Source: Bacteriovoracaceae bacterium (GTDB lineage Bacteria; Bdellovibrionota; Bacteriovoracia; Bacteriovoracales; Bacteriovoracaceae). From it: a stretch of DNA of 64,000 nt. The stretch covers positions 2,214,146 through 2,278,145 of the forward strand of contig OZ244226.1 of assembly GCA_965217035.1 (NCBI GenBank), read 5' to 3'. Numbering within the stretch: the stretch's first letter is position 1; every line of letters starts with the position of its first letter. Of the stretch, positions 49,323-59,129 are shown piece by piece. The notes under the pieces were generated by a model, which did no database searches, was not told the origin of the DNA, and was given only the letters and a program-made list of their open reading frames with translations. A program made the translations under genes and the position numbers.

Positions 49323-50377
49323 CAGGATTCTCCTTCACTTGAGTTATTTGTACCATTTGTATAGGGAGCATTTGTTCCACATCCTTCAAAGATTCCATAA
49401 TGAGTATCAAAATTACCATGGAACTCAAAGTGATCAGCATGTCGAGTTTCCTTCAGCATATTAAAAGAGTTTCCACAGACTGGAACAATCTTTCCGGTAG
49501 GAAAGATGTGGTGATCATCAAGCTTGAAGCTTTTTGGTTTGTGGTCGATCGAGCCTTTGTAGGTAACAGCTTGACCAAAGTCTTCGCAGTGAGGCTCTAG
49601 AGAGTCGAGTTTAAAAAGTCTGTAAGTAATGGAATAGAATTCAAACCCTTCTAAAGTTTTTATAATTTTAGGATCATCTATTGTAATAGGAGTAACATCA
49701 ACAACTCGCGGGTCTGTGAAGCCTATCTTTTTAGCGAGATTTTCAAAGTCATTCCAATAAAGAGCTCCACTTAAGCATTCACCATAAAGAACAGGATCAT
49801 TAACAAGTTCTTGAGGAATTCTTCTATTACAATAAACATCAGAGAAATAAATTTCTCCGCCTTCATTTAAGAGATCATAGCTTGTTTGAAGAACTTTCTC
49901 TTTATCTTGGCATAAATTAATAACACAATTAGAAATAATGAGATCGTAAAAATTGCGTTTTAGATCAAGTTGATCCATTTCTTCAAGTCTTGCTTTTAAA
50001 AAAGAAGTATTGGATTCTTGAAATCCAAATTTTTCACGGTGATATTCAAGATGTTTATTGGCAACGGCAAGTTGTTCGTCTGTCATATCAATCCCAACAA
50101 CAGAGCCTTTTTCACCAACAAGCTTAGAAAGTAAATAAACATCACGACCAGCCCCGCTTCCTAGATCAATGACATTAAGACCTTCAAGAACTTCTGGGAT
50201 AACAAGACCACATCCATAGTACTTTGCAAGAACTTCATCGTGGATTTGTGAAAGGATACTTTTTATGTGGTTGGGATAAACCTCAACAGTACAACAAGCA
50301 TTAGTTTTTAGGTCAGAGCTTGTTTGTAATGTTTTTCCATAATAGTCAGAAACTTCGTCGTGTAATGATTTTTTCAT
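49316..50377 (-). CDS. arsenite methyltransferase-like SAM-dependent methyltransferase (AS3MT/ArsM family)
   Basis: YYGKTLQ.S.DLKTNACC, YYGCG, DLGSGAGRD, SNCVINL, GECLSGA; ends in SCC. Confidence 0.85.
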   Translation of the reverse strand: MKKSLHDEVSDYYGKTLQTSSDLKTNACCTVEVYPNHIKSILSQIHDEVLAKYYGCGLVIPEVLEGLNVIDLGSGAGRDVYLLSKLVGEKGSVVGIDMTDEQLAVANKHLEYHREKFGFQESNTSFLKARLEEMDQLDLKRNFYDLIISNCVINLCQDKEKVLQTSYDLLNEGGEIYFSDVYCNRRIPQELVNDPVLYGECLSGALYWNDFENLAKKIGFTDPRVVDVTPITIDDPKIIKTLEGFEFYSITYRLFKLDSLEPHCEDFGQAVTYKGSIDHKPKSFKLDDHHIFPTGKIVPVCGNSFNMLKETRHADHFEFHGNFDTHYGIFEGCGTNAPYTNGTNNSSEGESCC

Positions 50378-50424
50378 GATGATTCTCCATCATTATATTC
50401 TAACGAAAATTTGGAAAAGTTACA

Positions 50425-50691
50425 TTAATTCTTGTAACAGCAAGAATCATCTTCGTGAGACTCTATTTCTTCTTTAAGGCTTTGTCGGTATTTATGAGAT
50501 TGAGCCTCATCCATACCTAATTGATCAATGAGAGTCTGAGGAAGACCAGGGGCCTTGACCTCAACATCAAGGTTCATTTCTTCCATTTTGGCGGCGAATT
50601 GATAAGCCTTTTCGACCTCTGCCACCTCACATTCAAAAAGAACTTCTTGGGTATTTGTTTCTATAACTTGTGCTTTAGTTGACTCATTCAT
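50425..50691 (-). CDS. small acidic hypothetical protein with C-terminal SCC
   Basis: Likely start MNESTK at 50691; ends EIESHEDDSCCYKN. Confidence 0.7.
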   Translation of the reverse strand: MNESTKAQVIETNTQEVLFECEVAEVEKAYQFAAKMEEMNLDVEVKAPGLPQTLIDQLGMDEAQSHKYRQSLKEEIESHEDDSCCYKN

Positions 50692-50723
50692 ATAATCTCG
50701 AATTATAGAGAGGAGGAGAGGCC

Positions 50724-51050
50724 ATGGCCAGTGTGCATCCCTTAAAGACATTAGTTTGGGTTGACGCGAGTCAGGTGCGCAGAGTGTTAATCAATGAAGT
50801 CTTTAAAACAGCTGGTTTGGAGGCTTTTACCTTTGCAGATGCTAAGGAGCTTTCTTCTGAGGTTTTAAAATCTCTAGCGCCAAGTCTCATTGTGATTCAT
50901 TCTGACTTTAAGGATTTGATTTTCTCTGAATTGTTTCAAGATTATAGAAAAAATTTGATTATCTTAGGGGAGATGGTGGAGGATCTTCATCACCTTTCAC
51001 TTCCTATTAAGCCCTTGGAGATTGTTGATCAGTTAAAGGATTTTCTTTAA
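50724..51050 (+). CDS. degenerate receiver-domain-like protein
   Basis: LVWVDAS...RRVL..VF..AG and LPIKP pattern; the phospho-acceptor Asp is not evident. Confidence 0.5.
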   Translation: MASVHPLKTLVWVDASQVRRVLINEVFKTAGLEAFTFADAKELSSEVLKSLAPSLIVIHSDFKDLIFSELFQDYRKNLIILGEMVEDLHHLSLPIKPLEIVDQLKDFL

Positions 51051-51258
51051 GGTGCTAGGAGGCTCGGCTACCAGTATGAAAGATTGAACTTATTTAAATA
51101 AGTTCAAAAAAATAACATAAAGCTTATTTTATACAAAAAGTATTCATTTATTTTCTTATACAACATTTAACAAAAATTTCAAGAAGATAGCTCTATAGCT
51201 GCCACTTATAGTAAAATATAAATAAGAGTATAAGATCAAAAAAAATCAGGAGAATATA

Positions 51259-51831
51259 ATGAATAAATTATTAATGAAATTATTGCTTTTGGTAAGTATC
51301 TCAGCATCTGCTCAAATAAGAAATGTAAAAGTTTTTCTCGATCGAAATATACGACCGAATGCAGAGATCGTAACAAAGTCTGAAGGTATAGTTTTAGAAA
51401 CTAAAAATCTCATTGAATTTGCAGGAATTCTGGGGGCCATAAAAGGTACTGTGATTTCTAAGTTTGTAGGTTTTACAGGTTTAGAGATTCCTATTGAAAA
51501 CTTTCAAAGTCGCGGAGAAGCTCAAGACTCTATACAGTTAAATATTTTAGGATTTAAAGCATCGTCAGAGATAAATACGATTAGTTTTGAAATTATTACA
51601 ATTGATGATCAGACATTTTCTTTGGATACTTCAGTAACTAATAGTGAATACATATTAGATTTACAAAACTTTAAGCGTAGTATTAGGGGAAAATTAACAA
51701 ATAAATCATATCAAGGTGAAGAGCTCGTGTCGTTTCGAGTTTTTATAAAAAGATCAAGAAACAACCCAAACAGACAAGAAGGTATCGAGATTGAATATCA
51801 AGTAGATCGATCATCACTCATCATTAACTAG
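51259..51831 (+). CDS. secreted hypothetical protein, possibly CIA30-like beta-sandwich
   Basis: Signal peptide, SD aggag; 'LQNFKRSIRGK...LVSFRVFI' loosely resembles the CIA30 C-terminus. Confidence 0.55.
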   Translation: MNKLLMKLLLLVSISASAQIRNVKVFLDRNIRPNAEIVTKSEGIVLETKNLIEFAGILGAIKGTVISKFVGFTGLEIPIENFQSRGEAQDSIQLNILGFKASSEINTISFEIITIDDQTFSLDTSVTNSEYILDLQNFKRSIRGKLTNKSYQGEELVSFRVFIKRSRNNPNRQEGIEIEYQVDRSSLIIN

Positions 51832-51908
51832 AGATTTAAGCTACTAAGACTTATTTTGCTAAGAACTAAGGAATGAAATAAATGCTAAAACTTTTAGCGA
51901 GCACAACT

Positions 51909-52250
51909 TTAGTTTTGATAGAGTTCGACCCAGCGATAGGGACCATTGATATCACTTCCTCTTGAGTCGAAGATCGCTCTCCAAAGCTGCCAAGCCTCTC
52001 TTCTCGCCATCATGCTTTCGATAAATGATTTAAATAAATTAATCTTTTTTAAATTATTCTCAAGGCCATAAAAAATAGTTAAAAACTGTAGCGCATGAGA
52101 ATAAGAACCATGTACTTTTCCAAAATCACCGAATTCCAAGGGAATAACTTCGTATCCCAGGTCTTCAATAGCATCAATCTCTTTTTTACTTAAGACAGGT
52201 TTGATCTTAAACGAGCACCTGTTGAAATATTTTCTTTTTTCTTTAATCAC
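51909..52250 (-). CDS. hypothetical protein
   Basis: 113 aa ORF co-oriented with its neighbours. Confidence 0.5.
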   Translation of the reverse strand: MIKEKRKYFNRCSFKIKPVLSKKEIDAIEDLGYEVIPLEFGDFGKVHGSYSHALQFLTIFYGLENNLKKINLFKSFIESMMARREAWQLWRAIFDSRGSDINGPYRWVELYQN

Positions 52251-52294
52251 TAAACAAAACTATTAAAGTAAAACAGTGGAAAGAGAGACATTAC

Positions 52295-52786
52295 TCAATA
52301 GTGTCGATAGTGGTATTCACCGTTATCCCAATAAGTTTCACTGATCACATTTTTTAAATCAGTAGAAAAATTGTCTTTGATGACTTTGATTCTTTGAGGT
52401 TCTTCTTCAATATGTTGTTCGACTAACTTAAATTGATACCAGGGCGTTGAACTTAAAAGCTTCGAGTTTATATGAGAGAACTCTGTCCCCAGTTTTGTCT
52501 CAGGAGGAAGATCAATAATTCCTTTTTCATTTTTTATATCAAGATCAGTAGGGGAGCATAGCATACCATGAGAATCAATTCCTCTGAGATTACTGACTTT
52601 TATTTCAAGGCCTTTTGGGGTTTTACTTCCTATTGTTGCTAAGAGTGAAATCATTCCTTCACGAGCATTAGAGGCACCACAGATGATTTGCAGTTGTTCT
52701 GATCCAGTATCAACCTGGCAAATTTTAAGTTTGTTAGCTTGAGGGTGTTTTTTAATTTCAGTAATTTTAGCGGTCAGTATTTTCAT
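52295..52786 (-). CDS. stand-alone tRNA-binding OB-fold protein (YtpR / PheT-B2-like)
   Basis: HPQANKL..C.VD, IICGASN and RGIDSHGMLCS motifs. Confidence 0.88.
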   Translation of the reverse strand: MKILTAKITEIKKHPQANKLKICQVDTGSEQLQIICGASNAREGMISLLATIGSKTPKGLEIKVSNLRGIDSHGMLCSPTDLDIKNEKGIIDLPPETKLGTEFSHINSKLLSSTPWYQFKLVEQHIEEEPQRIKVIKDNFSTDLKNVISETYWDNGEYHYRHY

Positions 52787-53171
52787 GATCTTCGTTGCCC
52801 ACAGTCACGTCACAAGGTGAAATAAAAAAAGAGCTGAGATCTTTATCCTGAAAACTGAGTAATAAATCAACTAAATTTTGATAATACTTATTAATCCAAA
52901 GCGCAGAGGCTCTATTTGGCGTTTGAAGGATGAGAAGTTTATCTGAGATAACGATAGCATGAATATGTGAGAACCATTGGCGATGAATTTCATTGCCAAG
53001 GATATCTTTTAGTTGATCAGACACGATATTCCAGCAGTTGGAAGCACTTAAGACAGGATTAACCGTTGTTCTTTTTTTAGCAAAGAAATGTTCTCCAAGT
53101 CTTTGAAGTGTGTCTTTCAGATCGCTTCTTAGTGGTTTGATTGCTTGAATTTCAGAACCAATTTTGATCAT
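52767..53171 (-). CDS. stand-alone DnaA N-terminal (domain I)-like protein
   Basis: W..V...L...LG...QWF, LILQTPN....WI...Y pattern; no AAA+ or DNA-binding domain. Confidence 0.7.
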   Translation of the reverse strand: MIKIGSEIQAIKPLRSDLKDTLQRLGEHFFAKKRTTVNPVLSASNCWNIVSDQLKDILGNEIHRQWFSHIHAIVISDKLLILQTPNRASALWINKYYQNLVDLLLSFQDKDLSSFFISPCDVTVGNEDHENTDR

Positions 53172-53250
53172 ATTTTTTGGGGGTCAAGTTTGCTTGAAAC
53201 AATCTATGATTCTTTTCTTTTTTAATCAAGTAAAATACTAAAAAAATTTT

Positions 53251-54576
53251 CTAATAAATTTTATTGGCCAATAAAATTTCTTTATCCTGAGGAGAGAGTA
53301 AAAAATTAGTTATGTCTAATCTTTGAAAAAGTGTATCGGGTGTTCTGACACGATAGTAAATCCCTTTCTCATAATTTTTAGTGCTTAAAATATTTGTAAA
53401 TTTTTGTATCTTAGAGTGAATATCACCAAGTTCATAAGGGACAAAGAGATCGAACAGGTCTTGCTTGCTGAGAAAAAAATCAATGATATATTCTCTTAAA
53501 TCTTTGACATCTTGTTTGTCATAAGAGGAAACAATAAAAGAGTTTTTATATTTATGAGTTTTTACTTTTACTTTTAACAGATTTTCAACTTTGTCTTTTT
53601 TATTAAAAACAAAAATCTTCTCTTTGTTATTGAGATCAAGTTCATTAAGAACTTGTTCTGTTGTTTCGATTTGATTTTGCAAATTGGGATCAGATAAATC
53701 AACGACAACAATCAAAAGTTCAGCTTCTTCAATCGATTCGAGTGTTGTTTTAAAACCTTCAATTAAAGTATTGGGAAGATTAGAAAGAAATCCAACTGTA
53801 TCAATTAACAAAAGAGGAGGTTTACTCTCTGGAGTTAGACTTCGAAAAGTTGAATCTAAGGTTGCGAAAAGTTTATTTTCTTCGAGAACATCTTGCTCAC
53901 AAAGACGGTTCATCAGAGATGATTTTCCTGCATTGGTATAGCCGACAAGGGCAGCGCTTATCCCTGTTCTCACTCGTCGCTTCTTTTGCTCTTTCCGCGC
54001 TATTTTTACTTCTTTGAGCTGTTTTCTATAAGTTTCAATCTTTCTTCGAATGATTCTTCTATCAAGCTCGAGTTGTTGCTCTCCTTCACCTTTAAGACCA
54101 ATCCCACCTTTTTGTCTCGTGAAGTGAGTCCAAAGGGAGCTGAGCCGAGGAAGAAGATAATTGAGTCGTGATATTTCAATCTGAATTTTTGCTTCTTTCG
54201 TTCGTGCATGTTTCGCAAAGATTTGAAGAATAATCTGACAACGATCAAGAACATCAATCTTCATAATCTCGGAAATATTTCTCATTTGACTTGCCGTGAG
54301 TTCGAAATCAAAAACAACAAATTTTACATTCATATTCCGAATCTCAAGAGCAATTTCTTCAAGTTTTCCGGAACCAAGAATTGTTGCAGGGTCGAGCTTC
54401 TTTCTATTTTGAATATAGCTCCCAACTGTATTGGCTCCGAGAGTTCTCATGAGCTCTTGCAATTCTGTTAGAGAACGATCTGTTTCGATAGCATCTTGAT
54501 GATTCTCAAATTTCTCTGAGATGACGGAAATAAGAACAACATTGTTCTCTGGAGAGATATCAGTATTAAGATCCAA
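53251..54576 (-). CDS. hflX: GTPase HflX
   Basis: GEGEQQLELDRR, GYTNAGKSS, LFATLD, DTVGF and NKKD motifs. Confidence 0.97.
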   Translation of the reverse strand: MDLNTDISPENNVVLISVISEKFENHQDAIETDRSLTELQELMRTLGANTVGSYIQNRKKLDPATILGSGKLEEIALEIRNMNVKFVVFDFELTASQMRNISEIMKIDVLDRCQIILQIFAKHARTKEAKIQIEISRLNYLLPRLSSLWTHFTRQKGGIGLKGEGEQQLELDRRIIRRKIETYRKQLKEVKIARKEQKKRRVRTGISAALVGYTNAGKSSLMNRLCEQDVLEENKLFATLDSTFRSLTPESKPPLLLIDTVGFLSNLPNTLIEGFKTTLESIEEAELLIVVVDLSDPNLQNQIETTEQVLNELDLNNKEKIFVFNKKDKVENLLKVKVKTHKYKNSFIVSSYDKQDVKDLREYIIDFFLSKQDLFDLFVPYELGDIHSKIQKFTNILSTKNYEKGIYYRVRTPDTLFQRLDITNFLLSPQDKEILLANKIY

Positions 54577-55456
54577 GAGAAGCCCCTAATTGAAAATCGA
54601 TATTATCGAGAATTCGAATTTCTCCTAATCTATAAGCACCCACTAGAACAATTGATGAGGTTGTCTCTTGGATCGGCTCGAAGCTATGAGCATCTCTTGC
54701 TTCTAGATATGTAAAATTTGAATTTTGTTTGAGCATGACATTGCATTCTTCTTTGATTTGTTCAGGAAGAATCTTTTTAAAACTCTTAAATTGATTTTTA
54801 ACCATTAGCTGAATATGTTGTAGGGCCCTGTGGAGTTGAAGTCCCTCTTTCTTTTCTTCTTCAGAGAGATAATTATTGCGACTAGACATTGCGAGACCTG
54901 AATTTTCTCTTACAGTCGGAAGAGCTTTTATAATTACAGGAAGCATCAAGTCTTTAACCATTTGCTTTACAATCAGTTGTTGTTGATAGTCTTTTTTCCC
55001 AAAATAAGCTGTATGAGGAGTTGCAAGTTTAAAAAGCCTGTAAAGAACAGTTGTCACTCCATCAAAATGCTCTGGACGATCCTGAGCTTCTGATATTCTA
55101 TTCAGTCCTTCGACGCTGACCTTTGTTTTGTTTCCTTTTTCAAAAACATCGTCATTTGATTCAGGTGCAAAAATTAAAATCTCTTTGTCAGTGAAGCTTT
55201 TCTCGAGAATTTTTAATTTTTCAATATCAGCTTCGAGAGTTCGAGGATAATTTTCAAAATCTTCATTCGGTGCAAATTGTAGAGGATTAACAAACAGAGA
55301 GACAATAGTTATGTCATTTTCATTCATAGAAGCTTCAATAAGACTTAAATGTCCTTGATGTAGATTCCCCATTGTTGGAACAAATCCAACTTGATGTTGA
55401 AAATTAATTTCGACTCTTTTTTTTGTAAAGTCAGTGCGATTTTTGCAAATGATCAT
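54566..55456 (-). CDS. panC: pantoate--beta-alanine ligase
   Basis: VPTMGNLHQGH, FVNPLQF, RPEHFDGV, GKKDYQQ and LAMSSRN motifs. Confidence 0.97.
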   Translation of the reverse strand: MIICKNRTDFTKKRVEINFQHQVGFVPTMGNLHQGHLSLIEASMNENDITIVSLFVNPLQFAPNEDFENYPRTLEADIEKLKILEKSFTDKEILIFAPESNDDVFEKGNKTKVSVEGLNRISEAQDRPEHFDGVTTVLYRLFKLATPHTAYFGKKDYQQQLIVKQMVKDLMLPVIIKALPTVRENSGLAMSSRNNYLSEEEKKEGLQLHRALQHIQLMVKNQFKSFKKILPEQIKEECNVMLKQNSNFTYLEARDAHSFEPIQETTSSIVLVGAYRLGEIRILDNIDFQLGASLGS

Positions 55457-56699
55457 AAGTTTTTATTTCTTTTTGAAACCACTCTAAAATTTTATGAGCG
55501 AGTTCATGTTTACTCAATACTTGAGGAGATGAAAGAGGTGAATTTAGACGGCAAAAGCGATACCAACCTTCTTCGACTCGAAATCCTTTGAGTTCTCCTG
55601 AAAAACCAGAATGAACCTCATTAGCGATCAGTAGATCAACTTTCTTTCTTTTAAGTTTTTCTTGAATCACTTCTTCAGAGTTGTCAGATTCTGCTGCAAA
55701 TCCAATAATTTTTTGATGGCTCGTTTTTTGTTTTAAGACTTCAGCAAGAATATCAGGTGTTTTCGTTATCTCGAGACTATTAGCAATTTCGGATTTCTTT
55801 AACTTACTATCAAGAGTTAAAGATTTGAAATTAATATCACAAGGGGCCGCAGCTGACACATAGAGGTCAACTTCGGGAAATAAGGCTAGAACAGCAGAGA
55901 GCATTTCTTCCGTTGTTTTCACTATCAGAAGTTTAAAGTTTGGATTTTGCTTTAAATTCTTAAATTGTTCTTTTGAGCTCCGTGTTGCAACCGTAATAAC
56001 TTCGTATCCTTGAGAAAGGGCCTCTCTGGTTAGTAGGTATCCTGTTTTTCCGGATGAAGGGTTCGTGAGATAACGAACAGTATCTAAGGGACTTTCAGTT
56101 GCACCTGTTGAAATCATAATTTTCTTTTTAATGATTTTCTTAGGAAGAGATAATAGGTACTCGCTAACCTCATCTGGAAGAGGGAGCTTTCCTGAACCAT
56201 TTTCTCCACAAAGTAATTCACCTGAATCTGGTGGATAGATCTTTAGATTATCAAGCTTCTGAAGTCGCTCAAGATTTTCCTGGGTAATAGGATTCGAATA
56301 CATTTGTGTATTCATGGCCGGGAAAATAATTTTTTTGTCTTCAGCTTTAAGACTTAGGAAGATTGAGCTGAGAAGATCGTCGGCTTTTCCTTGGCTAAGT
56401 TTTGCTAAGGTATTGGCAGAGGCAGGATAGAGAACAAAAGCATCACACCATCTCGCGAGGTTAATATGAAGAACGGGCTTCTCTGAGTTAATAAAGCTTG
56501 TATCAAAGTCATCTACAGACTTATAGCACTCTTCTGCTCCAAGGTAACGAAAGAGATCAGGCTTAAGGAACTTTTCAGCTCCTTGGGTAAGGATGACTTT
56601 AATTTTTATGTCAGATGATTGTTTTTTTAATGATCTCATCAAATCAAAAGCTTTATAACAAGCAATTGATCCACTTACTGCGAGGAGGATATTTTTCAT
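55431..56699 (-). CDS. coaBC: bifunctional phosphopantothenoylcysteine decarboxylase/synthase
   Basis: GSIACYK, PASANTLAK, PAMN, L.CG..G.G, D.VRY.TNPSSGK.G and GFAAE motifs; start MKNILL at 56699. Confidence 0.95.
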   Translation of the reverse strand: MKNILLAVSGSIACYKAFDLMRSLKKQSSDIKIKVILTQGAEKFLKPDLFRYLGAEECYKSVDDFDTSFINSEKPVLHINLARWCDAFVLYPASANTLAKLSQGKADDLLSSIFLSLKAEDKKIIFPAMNTQMYSNPITQENLERLQKLDNLKIYPPDSGELLCGENGSGKLPLPDEVSEYLLSLPKKIIKKKIMISTGATESPLDTVRYLTNPSSGKTGYLLTREALSQGYEVITVATRSSKEQFKNLKQNPNFKLLIVKTTEEMLSAVLALFPEVDLYVSAAAPCDINFKSLTLDSKLKKSEIANSLEITKTPDILAEVLKQKTSHQKIIGFAAESDNSEEVIQEKLKRKKVDLLIANEVHSGFSGELKGFRVEEGWYRFCRLNSPLSSPQVLSKHELAHKILEWFQKEIKTYDHLQKSH

Positions 56700-57424
56700 A
56701 ATCCCTCCTGAATTGTATTTAAACATTGAGCAAGTCCTAAATGAATCAAATAGGGAGAAAGTTGAAACTCTAATTTCTTATTAATAAATAACTTAGCAAA
56801 GGTTTGAGCTTCTCCACCTGTTAGATAGATAGAGCAAGGCTCTTGAATTATTTTACTTAGGGAAGTTAAATACATGACTTCAATGGCATTCATCATTGCC
56901 TTCTTTGTACTGCTTGGAAGTTCCTTTGGATTAGCATTCCAGCTGATGTCATTTAGAAGCGGAAGGTTTTCAGCGACTTTGTATGAATTTAAAAGAATTT
57001 GAATGCCTGGAAAGATAAATCCTCCTTCAAAGCCTTTTTCAGAAACTCTATCGATTGTGAGAAAGGTCCCCGCGTCTATTATATAGGCAGCTTTTCCAGG
57101 TTTTAAACTCTCATTTTTCCAGGCCCAATAAGCACAGGCAAGTCTATCTTGTCCAAGAGTTTGTTGATAATTAACCGGCATATCAAGAAAGTTATTTTCT
57201 CTAAAATAACTTCCAATTCTAAAAATATTGTCGTCATTTAAGTAAGGGTGTTTATCAAGAAGAGTTTTTTCACTTCTGACACTACTTAAAATTCCAGTAA
57301 GACCTTTTACTTTTTCCCATTCGTTGGAATTGAGTGTTCTCTTTTCAATTCCGATTTGATTAGAAAATAAACAAAATGAAGCTTGGGAGCTTCCTAGATC
57401 AATGGTGACAAAAGCATTGCTCAT
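56696..57424 (-). CDS. coaX: type III pantothenate kinase
   Basis: IDLGSS, LGQDR, IIDAGT, GGFIFPG and LTGG motifs. Confidence 0.9.
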   Translation of the reverse strand: MSNAFVTIDLGSSQASFCLFSNQIGIEKRTLNSNEWEKVKGLTGILSSVRSEKTLLDKHPYLNDDNIFRIGSYFRENNFLDMPVNYQQTLGQDRLACAYWAWKNESLKPGKAAYIIDAGTFLTIDRVSEKGFEGGFIFPGIQILLNSYKVAENLPLLNDISWNANPKELPSSTKKAMMNAIEVMYLTSLSKIIQEPCSIYLTGGEAQTFAKLFINKKLEFQLSPYLIHLGLAQCLNTIQEGL

Positions 57425-58185
57425 TGAACATTCCCACTAAAGTTTGAAAGGTATTGCTCAATAGAATCTTTTTTCTTTTGATAGATATCAGTGATTGGTT
57501 CACAAAAGCCAGGTGGATTAGAATAACTATCCTTGAGGAGATCATTAATCACGAGAACTTGTCCTGTCACTTCCTGGCCAGAACCAATTCCGATAGTTGG
57601 AATTCCTATACTCTTTGTAATCAAAGAGGCAACTTCAGGGATAATACATTCAAGAACAACCATGAAAGCGCCAGCTTGTTCGAGCTTTTTAGCTTCATTG
57701 ATAAGTCGTTGAGAACTCTCTTCGTTCTTACCCTGGATATAATACCCTCCTTGAGTTTTATAGCTTTGAGGTTGGAGCCCAATATGACCAACAACAGGAA
57801 TCCCTATCTCTGTAAGCCTTTTGACGATTTTAAGCTCTATTTCTGAAGCTCCTTCAAGTTTTACTGCATCGGCTTCAGTTGCTTGGAAAATATTAATTGC
57901 AGATTCGATGCCTTGTTCAAAAGTTGGATAGGAACCAAAAGGAAGATCTAAGATAAGAAATTTTTTAGGAGCTCCCTTTCGAACAGCTTTTCCAAAAAGG
58001 ATCATATGACTCGGTTTGACTGGGATTGTACTATCAAATCCAAGGACGACATTACCAAGACTATCTCCTACGAGAATACAATCAAGTTCAGTTTCATTCA
58101 ATAGTTTTGCTGTTTGATAGTCATAACAGGTAAGCATACTTATTGAGTTATTTAATTTTAAAGTTCTCGTGCTTTGCTTCTTCAT
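57421..58185 (-). CDS. panB: 3-methyl-2-oxobutanoate hydroxymethyltransferase
   Basis: MLTCYD, LVGDSLG, VKLEG, GHIGLQPQ, IGIGSG and GQVLV motifs. Confidence 0.97.
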   Translation of the reverse strand: MKKQSTRTLKLNNSISMLTCYDYQTAKLLNETELDCILVGDSLGNVVLGFDSTIPVKPSHMILFGKAVRKGAPKKFLILDLPFGSYPTFEQGIESAINIFQATEADAVKLEGASEIELKIVKRLTEIGIPVVGHIGLQPQSYKTQGGYYIQGKNEESSQRLINEAKKLEQAGAFMVVLECIIPEVASLITKSIGIPTIGIGSGQEVTGQVLVINDLLKDSYSNPPGFCEPITDIYQKKKDSIEQYLSNFSGNVQ

Positions 58186-59099
58186 TGGTATAATTGCCCT
58201 TGAAATTGATTATACTTTTCTTGGAGTTCAGAAGATTGCCACAATCCATTGATCTCATCCAAAGCATTTTCTTTTTTGTATTCGTCGTGAACTTTTTTTT
58301 CAAACTCACCTGATTGAATATTAGAATAAATTTTTCTAAGTTTTGATTTAAAGCTATCGTCAAATAAAATTTTTGAAGCCTCAAGAGCTCCATATAAAGC
58401 ATTAGGACTTATCATTTTGAAAAAATCTTGAGGTCCTTTTTCAATTAATGTGTCCATTATGAGTTTACTTTCATGCCAGCACTCAAGAAAGCTTAAGTCT
58501 TTATTGATTCCATTTTCTTTTAGAATTTCGAATGCCTCAGAAATCATAAAGGGATAGAGACCACAAAGTAGAGTTTGCTCAGAGAAAAGATCTGCGATGA
58601 CCTCTTCTTTGAAACTTCCATAACTCGCAATAAAAAATCTTAAATCACGACTAAGACTTTCTAAATAACTTTTTTGTTCTGGATTTGAAAATTCAATCGA
58701 ACAAAAGACCGGCGTAGGAATATCTTTATTTCGATTTTTTATAATTTCATTTGCAATTGATTTTGGAGCATAAAGAAGATGGTCAAATTGCGGAAACTTT
58801 TCATTAAGCTTTTGATAAGTTACTGAGTAGCCATGAGCATAAAGAATCCGTGAACCTGGCATGAGGTTTTTTTCTTGAGATTCAAGAAAGCTTTGGTGCG
58901 ATTCATCGGGAATCAAAAGGGCAAAGTTTTTAAAGGGCTTTAATTCAGGCCCAATTAAAATCTCTGGATGCTCAGTTCCTCCCAGTTCTCTCACAGCAAG
59001 AGCGTAATCTCTTTTTGCGAGTTTAAAACTATGTGCCCAAGCTTTGGCCTGGTTTCCACGCCCAATAATAATGAATTTTTCTTCAAGGTCCGTAGACAA
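58182..59099 (-). CDS. ilvC: divergent ketol-acid reductoisomerase (IlvC-like), probably acting as ketopantoate reductase
   Basis: IIGRGNQ, LIPDE, AHG, APK, DLFSEQ..LCG, ECWHE.KLI and IS..A.YG motifs; TTG start. Confidence 0.8.
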   Translation of the reverse strand: MSTDLEEKFIIIGRGNQAKAWAHSFKLAKRDYALAVRELGGTEHPEILIGPELKPFKNFALLIPDESHQSFLESQEKNLMPGSRILYAHGYSVTYQKLNEKFPQFDHLLYAPKSIANEIIKNRNKDIPTPVFCSIEFSNPEQKSYLESLSRDLRFFIASYGSFKEEVIADLFSEQTLLCGLYPFMISEAFEILKENGINKDLSFLECWHESKLIMDTLIEKGPQDFFKMISPNALYGALEASKILFDDSFKSKLRKIYSNIQSGEFEKKVHDEYKKENALDEINGLWQSSELQEKYNQFQGQLYQ

Positions 59100-59129
59100 G
59101 AATCCCTTCCTTCCTTAAGGTAAAAAAAG

